A DNA stretch of 64,000 nucleotides from Octopus sinensis (GCF_006345805.1 NC_042997.1:98828001-98892000); one strand, 5' to 3'; positions 12,880 through 26,960 are shown, numbered from the stretch's first letter. A program made the numbers and translations. Notes: generated from the letters alone by a model not told the origin.

Positions 12880-13023
12880 CTATGAATCACACGACAATCT
12901 CCAAGCGTTCAACCTGCGAAGCTTGATTAGAGTACTGAAGCCTTTTGTAATGTGTTTACACACCATTTGCTTGACGCGCTTCCCACGTGATCGGTTACGA
13001 ACATACTCCACATGAAATACAGC
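12880..13023 (-). CDS. GH114 endo-alpha-1,4-polygalactosaminidase-like gene, coding exon 4 (last)
   Basis: Acceptor ttttttctctttttcag then AVFHVEYVRNRSRGKRVKQMVCKHITKGFSTLIKLRRLNAWRLSCDS-TAG; phase 0 matches the exon 3 donor; typical GH114 end (VF.VEY..C..GFS..K..L..C). Confidence 0.92.
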   Translation of the reverse strand, partial: AVFHVEYVRNRSRGKRVKQMVCKHITKGFSTLIKLRRLNAWRLSCDS

Positions 13024-13139
13024 CTGAAAAAGAGAAAAAACACATTTATTAATATACATACAAATACAGCTGAGAAAATACGAAAGTCATGCCAGTGAAA
13101 GAAGAAAATTCTATCAAGATACAAGAGAAAATAATACAC

Positions 13140-13760
13140 GTGTAGATGAGGTTAAGAGATTCATCTACTTGCGCAGCAACATTTTTAACAGTGGTGACAC
13201 AGAGCGATACGTAGTGAGCAAAATTGGAAAAGCAGGGTTTATCTTTAGGAGGCTCAGAAACATCTGACAATCTAATCAGATGAATCTAAGAAGCAAGATA
13301 CTTTTGTATAATTCTTTGGTCATCCCGATTGCCATCTATGCCAGCAGAACGTGAAAGATGACGTTAGGAATCGTCCAGAAGCTTGATGTATTCCACCAGA
13401 GGTTCTCCCGCAAAGCTCTTAATATCTCTTGGCACTTACAGAATAACCAATGAATAAATCTATGGGGAAACTAAACAGAAAATGCTATGCATCGAAGTGA
13501 AAGAGCGTCGCCTGAAGTTTCTTGGACATGTCTTTAGAATGCCATCCACAAAACAGCCACAACTCTCCCTCGATTCGAAGCCTGAAGTGGGGAAAGGAAA
13601 CGTGGACGACTATTGATAACATGGAATCGACTATTGATAACATGGACAGTTCTGAAGTATCTATTTGCAGAGAGAAGTTGAGCTGGGACGATGCCAAATC
13701 TCTTGCAGAAGATTGCAGAGGATGGATATCGTTTGCTGTTGTCTGATGGACTAAAATACA
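13140..13760 (+). mobile_element. Degenerate RTE-clade LINE 3' fragment
   Basis: Translation with stops: VDEVKRFIYL.S....KIGKA...FRRL....KILLYNSLVIPIAIYA..T.....KLDVFHQR..RK.LNISW. Confidence 0.75.
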
Positions 13761-13781
13761 TATGCTTTCCTACAAATACAA

Positions 13782-13812
<31 letters not shown>

Positions 13813-14790
13813 CAAGCTTTAAAAGAAAATAAAGCTTTGTACATCCTTGAGCTATTAAGGTGTGAAATATGCTTAGCAGGAGGATTTTTCCTTAAAGATG
13901 AAACAATAATTTCGAAGATCGTGATCAGATCTATACACAACGTTATCAGTGAAACGTCGCAGTTAAGACTCAAATAGCCACATACTAGTTAAGTGCATTG
14001 AAGTTTTTAATAATCCGTTAAGGCTTTTATCTTTAAATTAACAAAAAAGCATCCCTTGCAACAGTAGATCGAATAAACTTTACAACTAATCTAGACCGTG
14101 CCATATGTAGAGGAACAAAGATATATCAACCTCTCGGTATTTAAACTCAATGATTGATATAAGAATATTAGATTTCTCTTCGATCGAACCACTTTAAGCA
14201 AAACTTCTGATTATTACGGTCAAGTGCTAGCAAGAATTGAGTTAAATAAATTCTTTTTATTACCCCGGCGCGAGCAACAAACCACGAAATTATGATGTCA
14301 TTCAGAAGCTTCCATACATCAATCTCCATGTTTTACACCTACTGATGCGGGGGGCAGGATCGTAGGGACAGTCACCTCACACACCTCCTCCAAAGGCTGG
14401 ATCTCCAAGCATGATGAATTGCTTCGAATATCATCGAACTAATTTGTTTTTAGTCTACCCCAAGATCTTCTGCCCGTTGGTTCGGCTCTACCCCTAGAAC
14501 TTCTGCAGGTGGCTCGGCCAGGATACTAAAGACTTCTTAGTGCCAAACAGGAGGTACTTTTCACCCTGAAACAAGCACTTCACAATACAATGGACATAAC
14601 TACAGAAAATAACTTAACGAATTTATTGCTGAAACTTGTTTACCCCACCCTCCTCCGTGTTTAAATTATTATCTTCTATATAAAGTAAAGTTAATACACA
14701 AATTAAAACACGGAAAAGAAACTGTAAGAATGTGTACGTTTAGGAAATTGAAGATGTGTTGGGGCACTCACACTTAAAACACACTCATGA

Positions 14791-14821
<31 letters not shown>

Positions 14822-15278
14822 AAGTTGGCAAAAAGTCACCTGACAGTAAATTAAAACCATCCAATTCCAAGATTAAAACCAAAAACTATTTTATACGAGA
14901 CTTTGCTAATAAATAGACAAATAATGTTTAAAAAAAACCGGTGATTTTAACTCACAACATTCAAGTATTAAACATTCATAACTGGAATGAATAAATGAAA
15001 TTGAACATCACGTATTTATGGAATTTGTTATTTACCATTGGGTCAAGAGTGTATATATATATATGCTGTTTTTACTGAGATCTCCCTTTTTAGTAGAAGA
15101 AATAGCTATAACCCTTTGACTGCTATTTCTAAATTCGGTATGTGGTAAGGCAACTCGTTGCTAAACCCTTATTGCTTAGTATTACTTAAATTTTCCTCGA
15201 ATGAGGCTTTTACATGCCGAAGACTACTTGGTGTAATTGATAATTTTTCCAAATTAATTAATTTCACCCTTCATTATT

Positions 15279-15319
<41 letters not shown>

Positions 15320-15334
15320 TATTATATATATATA

Positions 15335-17001
15335 CCGTGAGGTGGGGTAAATGTGCGCCTCATGAGGTAACTGTGCATCCATGTGAAATATTTTTTAGAA
15401 ATTGTCATAACATACAGTAGTGATGTTGGTCTTTTCTTTATAGGTACTGATGTGCTCACGATTGTTCCAGTGATTTTGATGTGAAAAAACGATACCGGTG
15501 AGCGACATTAAGAGACCTTTGGGCAGGCTTGAAAATCGAATAGCAATAAATTCTGATCTAGTGAACGTCCCGAAAATGAAAACACTAAGGGTAAGCTACC
15601 TATGATAAAATTGATCTAGAGCATTGATTTCTGGCACATCTGTGTTAAATATCCTGAGGTAGATTGACACTAATTTATATGTCTCTAGATGAAAGTATTA
15701 GTCAGTAATATTCTATTACAATAAGGTGGGGCTATTACAATAGCACTCATTTGCTGCAGCCACGTGATGTTGCGTTCTATGCACCAATGAAAGCAGCATG
15801 GAGGAAGTTTCATACTGAGTGGAAGATGGTTGATGGAAAATTCTACACAACCTTGCCAAAGATTCATTTCCCAAAGCTGCTATTCGCCCTCCTGGGCAAA
15901 AATGGAACACAAAAAAATAATATACTGTAAATGCCTTTCGAACAACATGCTTCTATTCACTTAACAGACAGAAAATTCTTAGCAAGAATTCAAAGCCAGA
16001 ATCGTCATCACATCTCGTAAGTCTGATTATTATTGAACATCTAATGCAACTTCAAGGAGCCTCGACAAAAAACCTGCGGCGGCTCGGTGAGGAAAGATGA
16101 TGCACGTTTCACCAGGAAAAAGCATCTCCATGGATGATGTTACACCAGGTCCATCTGACTTCCAATCTCAGAGAAAGCGAAGCCCAAAAAGGAAGCTACC
16201 TATCGACCTAGATGACAATTCCTCTGAAGGACCAGATGACCCTGCCTTTATTCCAAGCTCGGAAGATGAAGCAGAATCTGAAGCTACCATCCCAGGAAAA
16301 TTCAGAGCGAACCACTGGCACTAGTGACATATATATTGGGAAGCTAGAAAAGGGATGCTATGTGATTGTAAGATTTTTAGGGAAGAAGGCACCACACTAT
16401 TATGTTGATAAACTTTTACATGAGGATGTAGAGGACTCATGGATGATTCAGTACTATAGGTGCTGCTTTGAGGAGTCTGGTTCTTATCTTTCCTTTAAAG
16501 AGTCACAAAATCCTAATCTCTTAATTACAGACAAAGAAGCAATTGTTACAATCCTTGCAAAACCTTTAGTTGTGAAACACATGTATTTCAACAAGGATGC
16601 TTTGATGAAATTGTAATGCTTGAAAATTGTTTTTATAAAGTAGGTATTTTCATTGTTATACTTACCACTGCGTCAATTACTATGCCCAGTAGTAGTTAAA
16701 TGCTTTTTAAGAGAATTGCTTATGTTATGTATCATTTGCACACTTAGTCTTTTATAATTTATTGTATTTAAGGTAGAAAATAAAGGTAATGTGCGATTGT
16801 CCCACAGCGTGGAAAAAACCTGCACCCATACGTTTTTCATCATATCTATTTGTGCAATTTGTTTAGAAATGTGGCTTTATGCGCAAAAGGCTGCATTAAT
16901 AAAGTGCTTCAAAAAATGTCTCATTCTTTTCATTCGCCCCCTGGAACGAGGTTTTATTACAAAGAATAGCATAAAAGGTACATATTTACTCCACTTCACA
17001 A
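15335..17001 (+). mobile_element. Internally deleted pogo/Tigger-like DNA transposon
   Basis: Imperfect TIRs ccgtgaggtggggtaaatgtg / catatttactccacttcacaa flanked by TA; remnant STHLLQP.DVAFYAPMKAAWRK...TLPK..FP.LL matches the end of the pogo DDE domain. Confidence 0.8.
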
Positions 17002-17481
17002 TATACATATAATCATTTTAATACCCTGGCGCGGTAAAACATTTTCTTTTATCTCTTCTTTCCTTCCACCGTGAGAAAAAAACAACAACTTTTTAACTTA
17101 GAAACTACAAAAAGAAAAAGGCGTTCACTGCCTTGAAATACATATATTCTCCCACCTCCACCTCCCTATCTCTTTTTCTCTCTCCCTCTCCCTCCTTTCT
17201 CTCTCTCTCTCACTGGGGTGTATATGGGTCCTGCGTGTGTATGTGTGTGTGTATATGGCATTTTGCAATTCTGGAAAGAAAGTTGCATGTGCATATGAGT
17301 GGGCGGAGGCGTATCTTCCGTTCCGTTGACAAGATATTTTCTATGTGAAATACAAGCCTAATCGGTGTCGTTACTTATTCGTTTATATTTGTAACGATTG
17401 TCATCGCGCGCGCACAAGTGGTTGTGCGTGCGTGTGTGTGTGTGTGTTTCTGCGTGTGTGTATTAGTGTGTGTGTATGTGT

Positions 17482-17888
<407 letters not shown>

Positions 17889-17980
17889 TACCTATATATA
17901 AAGTAAATGATAGAATATAATATATATAAATATATATATAATTATAATGATAATGATAATAATAATAATAATTATTATTA

Positions 17981-18035
<55 letters not shown>

Positions 18036-19550
18036 CATATGTTTCACTTTTGCTTTATATTTGTACAAGTTGGCTCCAACTCTCACCCGGAGACCTCAAG
18101 AGACAACAGGTTGGGAGTTCACGTTGTTGTTATCTGAGTTAGGTAGCTATAAGCCCCTTTTGCTATCATTCCCAGGGCACCTGTGACAACAGGTATTGTT
18201 TTAGTCTTCAGGTTCCACATTTTGCTGATTTCTATTTCAAGATCTTTATATTTGCTCAGTTTTTGGTAGGTCTTGACAGATACGTTTATATCGATTGGGA
18301 CAGTCATATCAATGAGGAGGTATGTTCTTTGTTTGAAGTCTTTCAATATGATGTCTGGCCTATTTGCATCTATCTTTCTGTCACTTTGAATGGTGAAGTT
18401 CCAGAGGAGTGAGATGTGGTCATTTTCAAGCACTGGGGGTGGTTTGTGTTCCCACAAGTTTTTTTCATGAGGCAAATCCAGGTTTTTGCAGATTACCCAG
18501 TGAATATATTGTGCAGCTCTATCGTGCCTGTTGAGATACTCTGTAGGCGCTAGAAGACTGCACTTGGAGACCACAAGATCAATGGTTTCATTTTGTTGTC
18601 GGCATACACGACACGTTGGACTGCTGCTTATCTTTAATATGTTGGCCTGGTAGTTTCTTGTTGGTAGGCATTGATCTTGAGCTGCTATGATAAACCCCTC
18701 TGTTTCAGATTTTAAGCCAGAGGCCTTTAGCCATTGATGGGTCAGGGCTTTGTCAACATCTGCATTATTCGCTCTCTTTGGGTATTTGTCATAGAGAGGT
18801 TTTTCTTGCCATTTATCATTCAGAATATCTAAGGCCGCAGATTTAGCACGGGTTTTCATGCGCTTAGCTTTTTCTGTGCCTGTTTCTTGTATGTCTATCT
18901 CTAATTCCGAAATTTGTTGTATTCGGAATTCACTTAGATATTCCTTTGCCTGTTTTGTTACTGAGTATGATGCTTTCTTGTTTTCATGTTTTGAGACAAG
19001 TTTTAACATCCAGTCCTCAGAGTTTTTCAGGTAGGTGTCTAGGCCAATTGTAGCAATCTTCATTGTTATTGCCAGTTGTAAAAGTCCACGGCCTCCCTCT
19101 TTTCTTGGCAAATAAAGTCGTTCTGTATCTGCCTTAGGGTGGTGCATTCTATGCATTGTCAACAGTTTCCGTATTTTTCTGTCAAGATTACATATTTCAA
19201 TAATTGACCAGTTAACGATATTGAAACTGTAAGTCACGACTGGTATGGCTAAAGCATTGATCGCTTCGATCCTGTTTCTCGCATTCAGCTCTGTCTTGAG
19301 TATTGCTCTTACTCTGCGATAACATTCTCTCCTGATCCTTTCCTTCATCTCTGAATGCCTTATTCCGTCTCCTTCAATTACCCCCAGATACTTGTAGTTC
19401 TCCGCTGGGTCTAATTCTTTTATGACATTCTGCTGGCCAAGGTTAACGTTAGATGTTTCTGTCATTTTACCTTTGATAAAGATAGCTTTTGCACACTTAT
19501 CGAGGCCAAATTGCATTCTGATGTCATCACTGAATTGTTGACTTTGACTT
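18036..19550 (-). mobile_element. 5'-truncated R4/Dong-like non-LTR retrotransposon with restriction-like endonuclease
   Basis: ORF 18119-19516 has MQFGLDKCAK, YKYLG, LYLPRKEGGRGL, CRVC..ETID....C, RHD, NRPDI..D and KxxKY; 3' UTR runs into (AAT)n; (ATT)n on both sides. Confidence 0.9.
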
Positions 19551-19588
19551 TATTATTATTATCATTATTATTATTTTTATTATTGTTG

Positions 19589-19749
<161 letters not shown>

Positions 19750-19760
19750 GTTATTATTAT

Positions 19761-20050
19761 GAATATTACTTCAGATACGGCGGTGCCCCAGCATGGCCAC
19801 AGCTCATAAGCTGAAACTAGAATCAATCAATCAATCATACCCAGGAAAAAGACCGCTCCATAAAATGTTAAATATTCAATATTATACTACCTATATGTAT
19901 TCAGAATCCCGTCTTTTAAACGGAAAATACGGGATTCAGAATAGATATAGTTTATATAAGATTTAATATTTAACATTTTATGGAGTGGTCGGATATAAAA
20001 TCTTTCAGAGTTGATCGAGTTGCAGTTGGTTCTGACTCTAAAAGTACTTA
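19761..20050. repeat. Palindromic element Y copy 1 (left arm partly deleted)
   Basis: Centre gaatcccgtcttttaaacggaaaatacgggattc; arms match 23474-23747. Confidence 0.75.
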
Positions 20051-20135
20051 TATGTATGTGTATGTGTGTGTGAGCGTTTGTTTGTGTGCGTGTGGTTGTG
20101 TGTGGGGGCGTTTTCGTGTGCTTGTGTGTGTGTGT

Positions 20136-20198
<63 letters not shown>

Positions 20199-20201
<3 letters not shown>

Positions 20202-20500
20202 GGTTTTTCAGCTAAACATTTTAAATGGGTTTATTTGGAAAAGTACTTAAGGGTGTAGGTAGACCAGCCACCGGATGCCGAAACCTGAGTTTCGGCAAGC
20301 GGTAGCTGGCCTACTTACTTAAGGGTGTTCTATTTCTGATGAACTTTTAAAAATTCTGTTGACTTTAAGGCTTTGTTTTCCTGAAAACCTACTTCGCTTA
20401 TCTATTTTGACAGATAACAGTAATCTGTGTGAGCGAGTTTGCCTGTGCGGGCCCTGCACCTGATCGGTGGGTGTGCACTTTCTGCTCTCTCTCTTTCTCT
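20199..20500. repeat. Element X copy 2
   Basis: Aligns to 17581-17888. Confidence 0.8.
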
Positions 20501-20508
20501 TCCACACA

Positions 20509-20576
<68 letters not shown>

Positions 20577-20874
20577 CGTAAAGTGTACTAGCCATCTGAA
20601 TGTGGCTAGCCATCTGAATGTGGCTAGCCACTGGGGGTGGGGTGTTACTGATGCTTTTAGCCCCAGGAGATCAACGTCACCAGCTGGCCTTAGACACAAA
20701 ATTTCAGTGCCCTTGTGTTATTTGCAAAGGGAGGTCATCCTCCCTCAAAAACCTAAGTGATACATACGGACTATAGTTTCAAGGTAATTGCCTCTCGTCA
20801 ACGCATGGTAAACACCGGTTTTCGATGAAGGAGACCCTCTGCAAATAATAATATTTAACGTCACTGATTTAGAA

Positions 20875-22567
20875 AAACTGTCTGATCAGTCAACTCACCA
20901 GCCTGTTCCAGTCGATGTGGGACAGAGAACAACTCCCTCAAGATTTCCGGGAGGCAACAATCGTCCACATTTATAAGCGGAAAGGAGATCGGCAGTCCTG
21001 CGACAGCCACCGAGGAATCTCCCTCTTGTCCATAGCAGGCAAGATCCTAGCCCGAGTCCTGCTTGACCGCCTTCTGGAACACTTGGAGCAAGGCCTTCTC
21101 CCTGAGAGCCAGTGTGGCTTCCGCGCGGGTCGAGGGACCACTGACATGATATTCGCCGCCCGCCAGCTCCAGGAGAAATGCATGGAGCAGCACCTTGACC
21201 CCTGCATGACCTTTGTTTACCTCACCAGGGCTTTCGATACAGTCAGTCGGGAGGGACTCTGGAAGGTCATGGGAAAATTTGGTTGCCCCAGCAAAGTTAT
21301 TGCAATTGTCCGCCAGTTCCACGACGGAATGACAGCCAGAGTCCTTGAAGACGGCAACTCATCTGAAGTCTTCCAGGTGACCAACGGAGTCAGGCAGGGC
21401 TGTGTCCTGGCCCCAACACTGTTCAGCATCATGTTCTCGACAATGCTGTCCGACGCCTTCAGGGACTGCAAGTCCGGTATCGACATCAAGTACAGGACGG
21501 ACGGGAAATTTTTCAACTCCAGAAGATTGCAGGCCGTCACATAGGTGAGGGAGACAGTCGTCAGAGACTTTCTCTTTGCTGACGACTGCGCCCTTAACGC
21601 AAAAGATGAGCAGGAAATGCAGCTCGGGATGGACATGTTCTCATCAGCCTGTGACAACTTTGGTCTCACCATCAGTGTCAAGAAAACCGAAGTGATGTTT
21701 CAGCCAGCCCCCGGCAAACAATACCATGAGCCTCAGATGAAGGTAAACGGACGGATCCTACGAGCTGTGGAAAACTTCACCTACCTGGGCAGCACTCTCT
21801 CCTGCAATGCCAACATAGATGTTGAAATCATCAACAGAATCTCCAAGGCAAGCACCGCGTTTGGGAGACTGCGAAAGAAAGTCTGGGAGCGGAGAGGAAT
21901 CAGCCTCAACACCAAGCTGAAAGTCTACCGGGCAGTCGTGCTTACCACCCTACTATACGGCTGCGAGACGCGGACTGCTTGCCGAAGGCACGAGCGCCAG
22001 ATAAACCACTTCCACCTCAGATGTCTTCGGAACCTCCTTCACATCCGCTGGCTGGACAAAGTCCCAGACACGGAAGTTCTGAAGCAGGCAGATCTCCCTA
22101 GCACCATCACGATCATGCGCAAGGCCCAGCTGAGATGGGCAGGCCACGTCTCCCGCATGTCCGACACACGCATCCCAAAACAGCTCTTCTACGGTGAACT
22201 CAGCCAGGGCAAACGCAAAGTCGGAGGGCAGAAGAAGCGCTTCAAGGACAGTCTCAAAGTCTCTCTCAAGGACTTCTCCATCGGCACAGAGACTTGGGAG
22301 ACACTTGCTGCCGACTGCTCATCCTGGCGCAGCGCAATTACCACAGGAGCAAAGACAGCCGAGGAGAGACGGATTCAGTTAGCAGAACAGAAACGCCAGA
22401 TGCGGAAAGCCAGAACCACCTGCACCAATAGCACAGCCCCTACCCACTTCTGCCCCACCTGTGGGAGGGACTTTCTTGACCGGATAGGCCTCACCAGCCA
22501 CCTCCGGTCTCATAGCAGCAATTCCACCAAATGATGTCAATGGTCATCTTCGAACCCGAAGGACGAA

Positions 22568-22568
<1 letters not shown>
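20875..22568 (+). mobile_element. 5'-truncated RTE (BovB-like) LINE
   Basis: RT motifs RGISLLSIAGKILARVL, QCGFRAGRGT.DMIF, QGCVLAPTLF, FADD, FTYLGS; C-terminal CPTC..SH; one in-frame TAG at 21542; 3' UTR ..gaaggacgaac followed by (ATT)n. Confidence 0.93.
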
Positions 22569-22625
<57 letters not shown>

Positions 22626-22650
22626 GCTGTTGTTGTTGTTGTTGTTGTTG

Positions 22651-22691
<41 letters not shown>

Positions 22692-22711
22692 GTGTTGTTG
22701 TTGTTGTTGTT

Positions 22712-22758
<47 letters not shown>

Positions 22759-22783
22759 CATTATTATTATTATTATTATTATT

Positions 22784-23340
22784 GAGTGAGAGAGCAGTGC
22801 ATACCATCAAAGTGACACTGGGATAAAATATACGAAGCCCAGTATACCTATCATGACTACCCGTCTGATAAGGGTACACCAGGCACATGCATCACAACCC
22901 TATGTGCGCGACATGGTGATCTCATATCAATATAAACAGCACATGACCTTGCAGGTGGGGCCCAGTTAGAATTTTCTTCTGGTCGAGTAACCCATCCTGC
23001 TCAAAAGGTCCCTGAATAAGGGTTGTTTAAGGATGTTGAACGAAACACCCATGTTTCCAGAGGTGAATTATTCAAACCCCAAACAATCCCTCTCAACACA
23101 CGGCTATGATGCTCCCCCACTACTTCTGCTCATGATCAGAGATGTACATATCGTCAGCCACTAAGGGACATGCTCAACTGGTTATGGTCAAACAACTGAC
23201 AAGCAAATCTGTGGTATTGAGCAGAATATTTGCTGTAGCCCATCTTTTATACCAAGACAAAACAAAGTACATGATAACACTTCCAATCAGTTAAGATCAG
23301 AAGCCATGAAAGCCACTGCCTGGTATTGCATCAGGGCATT
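22784..23340. mobile_element. Unclassified non-coding interspersed element D embedded in (ATT)n
   Basis: Second partial copy at 4580-4748; bounded by (ATT)n on both sides. Confidence 0.6.
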
Positions 23341-23347
23341 TATTATA

Positions 23348-23394
<47 letters not shown>

Positions 23395-23396
<2 letters not shown>

Positions 23397-23739
23397 AATA
23401 TTATTTCAGATACACAGGAAAAATACATTCAAATTAGATTTACTAAAATGAACATCTCTCCATGTTTAATTCGTATATATAAAAGCAGTTTTAGAGACAG
23501 AACCACCTTCAACTCAATAAACAACGAAAGATTTTATACCCGACCGCTCCATAAAATGTAAAATATTAAATATTATACTACCTATATCTATTCTGAATCC
23601 CGTATTTTCCGTTTAAAAGACGAGATTCAGAATAGATATAGGTAGTATAATATTTAATTTTTAACATTTTATGGAGTGATCGGGTATAAAATCTTTCAGT
23701 GTTGATTGAGTTGCAGTTGTTTCTGTCTCTAAAACTACT

Positions 23740-23747
<8 letters not shown>
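23395..23747. repeat. Palindromic element Y copy 2 (palindrome 23474-23747, spacer inverted)
   Basis: Arms of about 134 bp; centre gaatcccgtattttccgtttaaaagacgagattc. Confidence 0.85.
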
Positions 23748-23798
<51 letters not shown>

Positions 23799-23894
23799 TA
23801 AGGAGATGTACTTGCATAGCAAGTGACCTGATCTGAGATCATGCGCGCACAAGAGTGTGTGTGCGTGTGCCGGTGTGTGTGTGTGTGTGTGTGT

Positions 23895-24200
23895 TAAGGT
23901 TTTTCAGCTAAACATTTTGAATGTGTTTATTTGAAAAAGTACTTAAGGGTGTAGGTAGACCAGCCACCGGATGCCGAAACCCGAGTTTCTGCAAGCGTTG
24001 GCTGGCCTACTTACTAAAGGTATGTTTTATTTCTGATGAACTTTGAAAACTTCTGTTGACTTTAAGGCTTTGTTTTCCTGAAAGCCTACTTCGCTTATCT
24101 ATTTGGACAGATAACAATAATCTGTGTGAGCGAGTTTGAGTGTGTGTGGGCCCTGCACGTGATCGGTAGGTGTGCTCTCTCAATCTCTCTCTTCCCTTCC
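23895..24200. repeat. Element X copy 3
   Basis: Aligns to 17581-17888. Confidence 0.8.
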
Positions 24201-24221
24201 CCTTCTCTCTCTCTCTCTCTT

Positions 24222-24278
<57 letters not shown>

Positions 24279-24374
24279 AAGTAAATATATATGTATATAT
24301 AAAGATAGCATATATATATATATATATATTATCTTTATATATACATATATATAATCACATATATATACATATGT

Positions 24375-24408
<34 letters not shown>

Positions 24409-24493
24409 ATATATATATATATATATTATGTATGTATATATATGTATATATATATCATGTATATATATATGTATGTATATATATGTATATATA

Positions 24494-24545
<52 letters not shown>

Positions 24546-24592
24546 CTAATATTTTTATTATTATTATTATTATCATTATTATTATTATTAAT

Positions 24593-24943
24593 GAATATTA
24601 TTTCAGATACACAGGAAAAAGACATTCAAATTAGATTTACTAAAATGAACATCTCTCCATGTTTAATTCGTATATATAAAAGTAGTTTTAGAGACAGAAC
24701 CACCTTCAACTCAATAAACAATGAACGATTTTATACCCGACCACCTCATAAAATGTTAAAAATTAAATATTATACTACCTATATCTATTCTGAATCCCGT
24801 CTTTTAAACGGAAAATACGGGATTCAGAATAGATATAGGTAGTATAATATTTAATATTTAACATTTTATGGAGTGGGTGGGTATAAAATCTTTCAGTGTG
24901 ATTGAGTTGAAGGTGGTTCTGTCTCTAAAACTACATATATATA
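24593..24943. repeat. Palindromic element Y copy 3
   Basis: Palindrome 24671-24943 with the same centre orientation as copy 1. Confidence 0.85.
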
Positions 24944-26345
24944 TAGAATAACTTCGAAAGGTTTTGGCCAGTATTGGCCCGGGCCATGTCTAACTTAATA
25001 GCACCACCTGGCGAAATCTTTCAATTCAGGATTTGGGCACCAAGGCTCATTCGAGCAGAGAGTTATTGTTTGAGGAGACATATCCGGGTGTAGGTGGTTT
25101 CTCCGGGACCGTTTGAAGGAATTTGTCCAAAGACTTCTTGAATTTTGTGTGGTCAGTTTCTGTTTTGACTTGTCCTGGTGTAATGTTGAAGAGAGCGGGT
25201 CCAATTGAGGTGAAATAATTGTGCCGTATTGTTGTTATGAGATGCGATTTAGATTTTTGTTGTGGACGAATGGCACGGGGTCCAAGCCTTGGATGTATTT
25301 TGAAGGTGATACCAACATCATTTGGACAGTGCTGATGGAATATTTTCCACATCATACAGATAATTTAGCGTTCACAGCGTCGTTGGAGTAAATACAGTTT
25401 CAGCTTTTCCAGTCGACCCCAGTAGTCGAGGTCTGACATACCATCTATCTATTTCGTGATTGACCTTTGGGGAGCTTCAACTTTCATAATATTCCGTTTC
25501 GTGTAGGGAGACCACAGTGGACAGCAGTATTCAAGGTGAGGTCAGGCAAAAGTGGAGAAGAGAAGGATAATGGTGTGGGAATCTCTCGACTGGAAGGTTC
25601 TGAGAATCCAGGAGCACATCTGCGGGTCATGTCAACTTTGCTGCTTATATGTGTAGCCCAGCTTATGTTGTTGTCCACAGTTATTCCCAAGTCTCTGATG
25701 TTGTTAGACGCCATGAGAATTTCACCAGAAGGAAGGGAGTATGGGAGTTTCAGAGCGTCCTCCCTTCCAAAGTGGATCAATTCGAATTTGTCTTCGTTTA
25801 GCAACATGTTGTTCTTTTCCGCCCATTGGACAACAGCCAGTAGGTCTGACTGAAGATTTATCCGATCATTCACGCCATTGATGACCTTCTGGAGCTTGGA
25901 ATCATCAGCGAAGATTCTGATGTTACTGTGTTTGATGATGTCAGTGATGTCATTAATGTAGATGATGAAGAGAAGTGGGCCCAACACAGTGCCTTGTGGG
26001 ACACCACTACTGACTTTGGCTGGGCTGGATTTGACTCCGACTACAACATGTTGGGCTTTGTTAGACAGGAAGCACTTGATCCACTTCAGCAGCTTTCCAG
26101 TGACACCAATATTGGACAGCTTTCTCAAAAGGATCTTATGATCAACCCTGTCAAAGGCCTTGCAGAAATCAAGGTAGATAACATCAGTGTTTGAACCCTC
26201 TCCCAAGGCTCTCAAAATGTCATCGAAGTGATGCAGTAGCTGCGTCAAGCAATCCCTTCCATTACGGAATCCATGCTGGTTGGAGTTCAGTATATTATGA
26301 CTCTCAAGGAAGTGAGTCATACGCGATTTCACCACTCTCTACTCC
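24944..26345 (-). mobile_element. 5'-truncated CR1/L2-group LINE inserted in (TA)n
   Basis: NQHGFR, IYLDFCKAFDRVDH, SGVPQGTVLGPLLFIIYIND, IFADDSKL; 3' end ccaggtggtgctattaagttagacatggcc shared with the copy ending at 60315. Confidence 0.92.
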
Positions 26346-26352
26346 ACTACTA

Positions 26353-26404
<52 letters not shown>

Positions 26405-26405
<1 letters not shown>

Positions 26406-26535
26406 GGTTCCGGGTTGAGTCGGGGTTAACCACAGTAAATAAGGTACTCAATACATAGCAGAGTAAATTAATTTATTTTATAGAAGGAGCTTCTACAGGA
26501 CTAGAACTGTTAGCTCCTTCTATAAAATAAATTTA
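26405..26535. repeat. Short repeat with a perfect 21-bp inverted repeat (26471-26491/26512-26532); duplicated at about 28868-28998
   Basis: atttattttatagaaggagct..agctccttctataaaataaat; resembles a folded-back Penelope terminus (inference). Confidence 0.6.
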
Positions 26536-26561
26536 AATATATATATATATATTATATATAT

Positions 26562-26601
<40 letters not shown>

Positions 26602-26636
26602 GATAGATAGATAGATAGATATAGATATAGATACAT

Positions 26637-26673
<37 letters not shown>

Positions 26674-26847
26674 CGTGTGTGTGTGTGTGTGTATGTATAT
26701 ACATATATATTTACATATATATTATATATATATATTATATATATATATATATATTATATATATATATATATATTATATATATATATATACACATATATAT
26801 ATATACATATGTTTATTCATATATATATAAATACATGCATGTATGTA

Positions 26848-26928
<81 letters not shown>

Positions 26929-26960
26929 TGTATATATATATGTATGTATATATATGTATA

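Noticed and set aside
20588-20630. Tandem 18-bp repeat ctagccatctgaatgtgg (2.4 copies); also a 21-bp duplication near 13608-13648
   Set aside because: Simple local slippage duplications with no further support.
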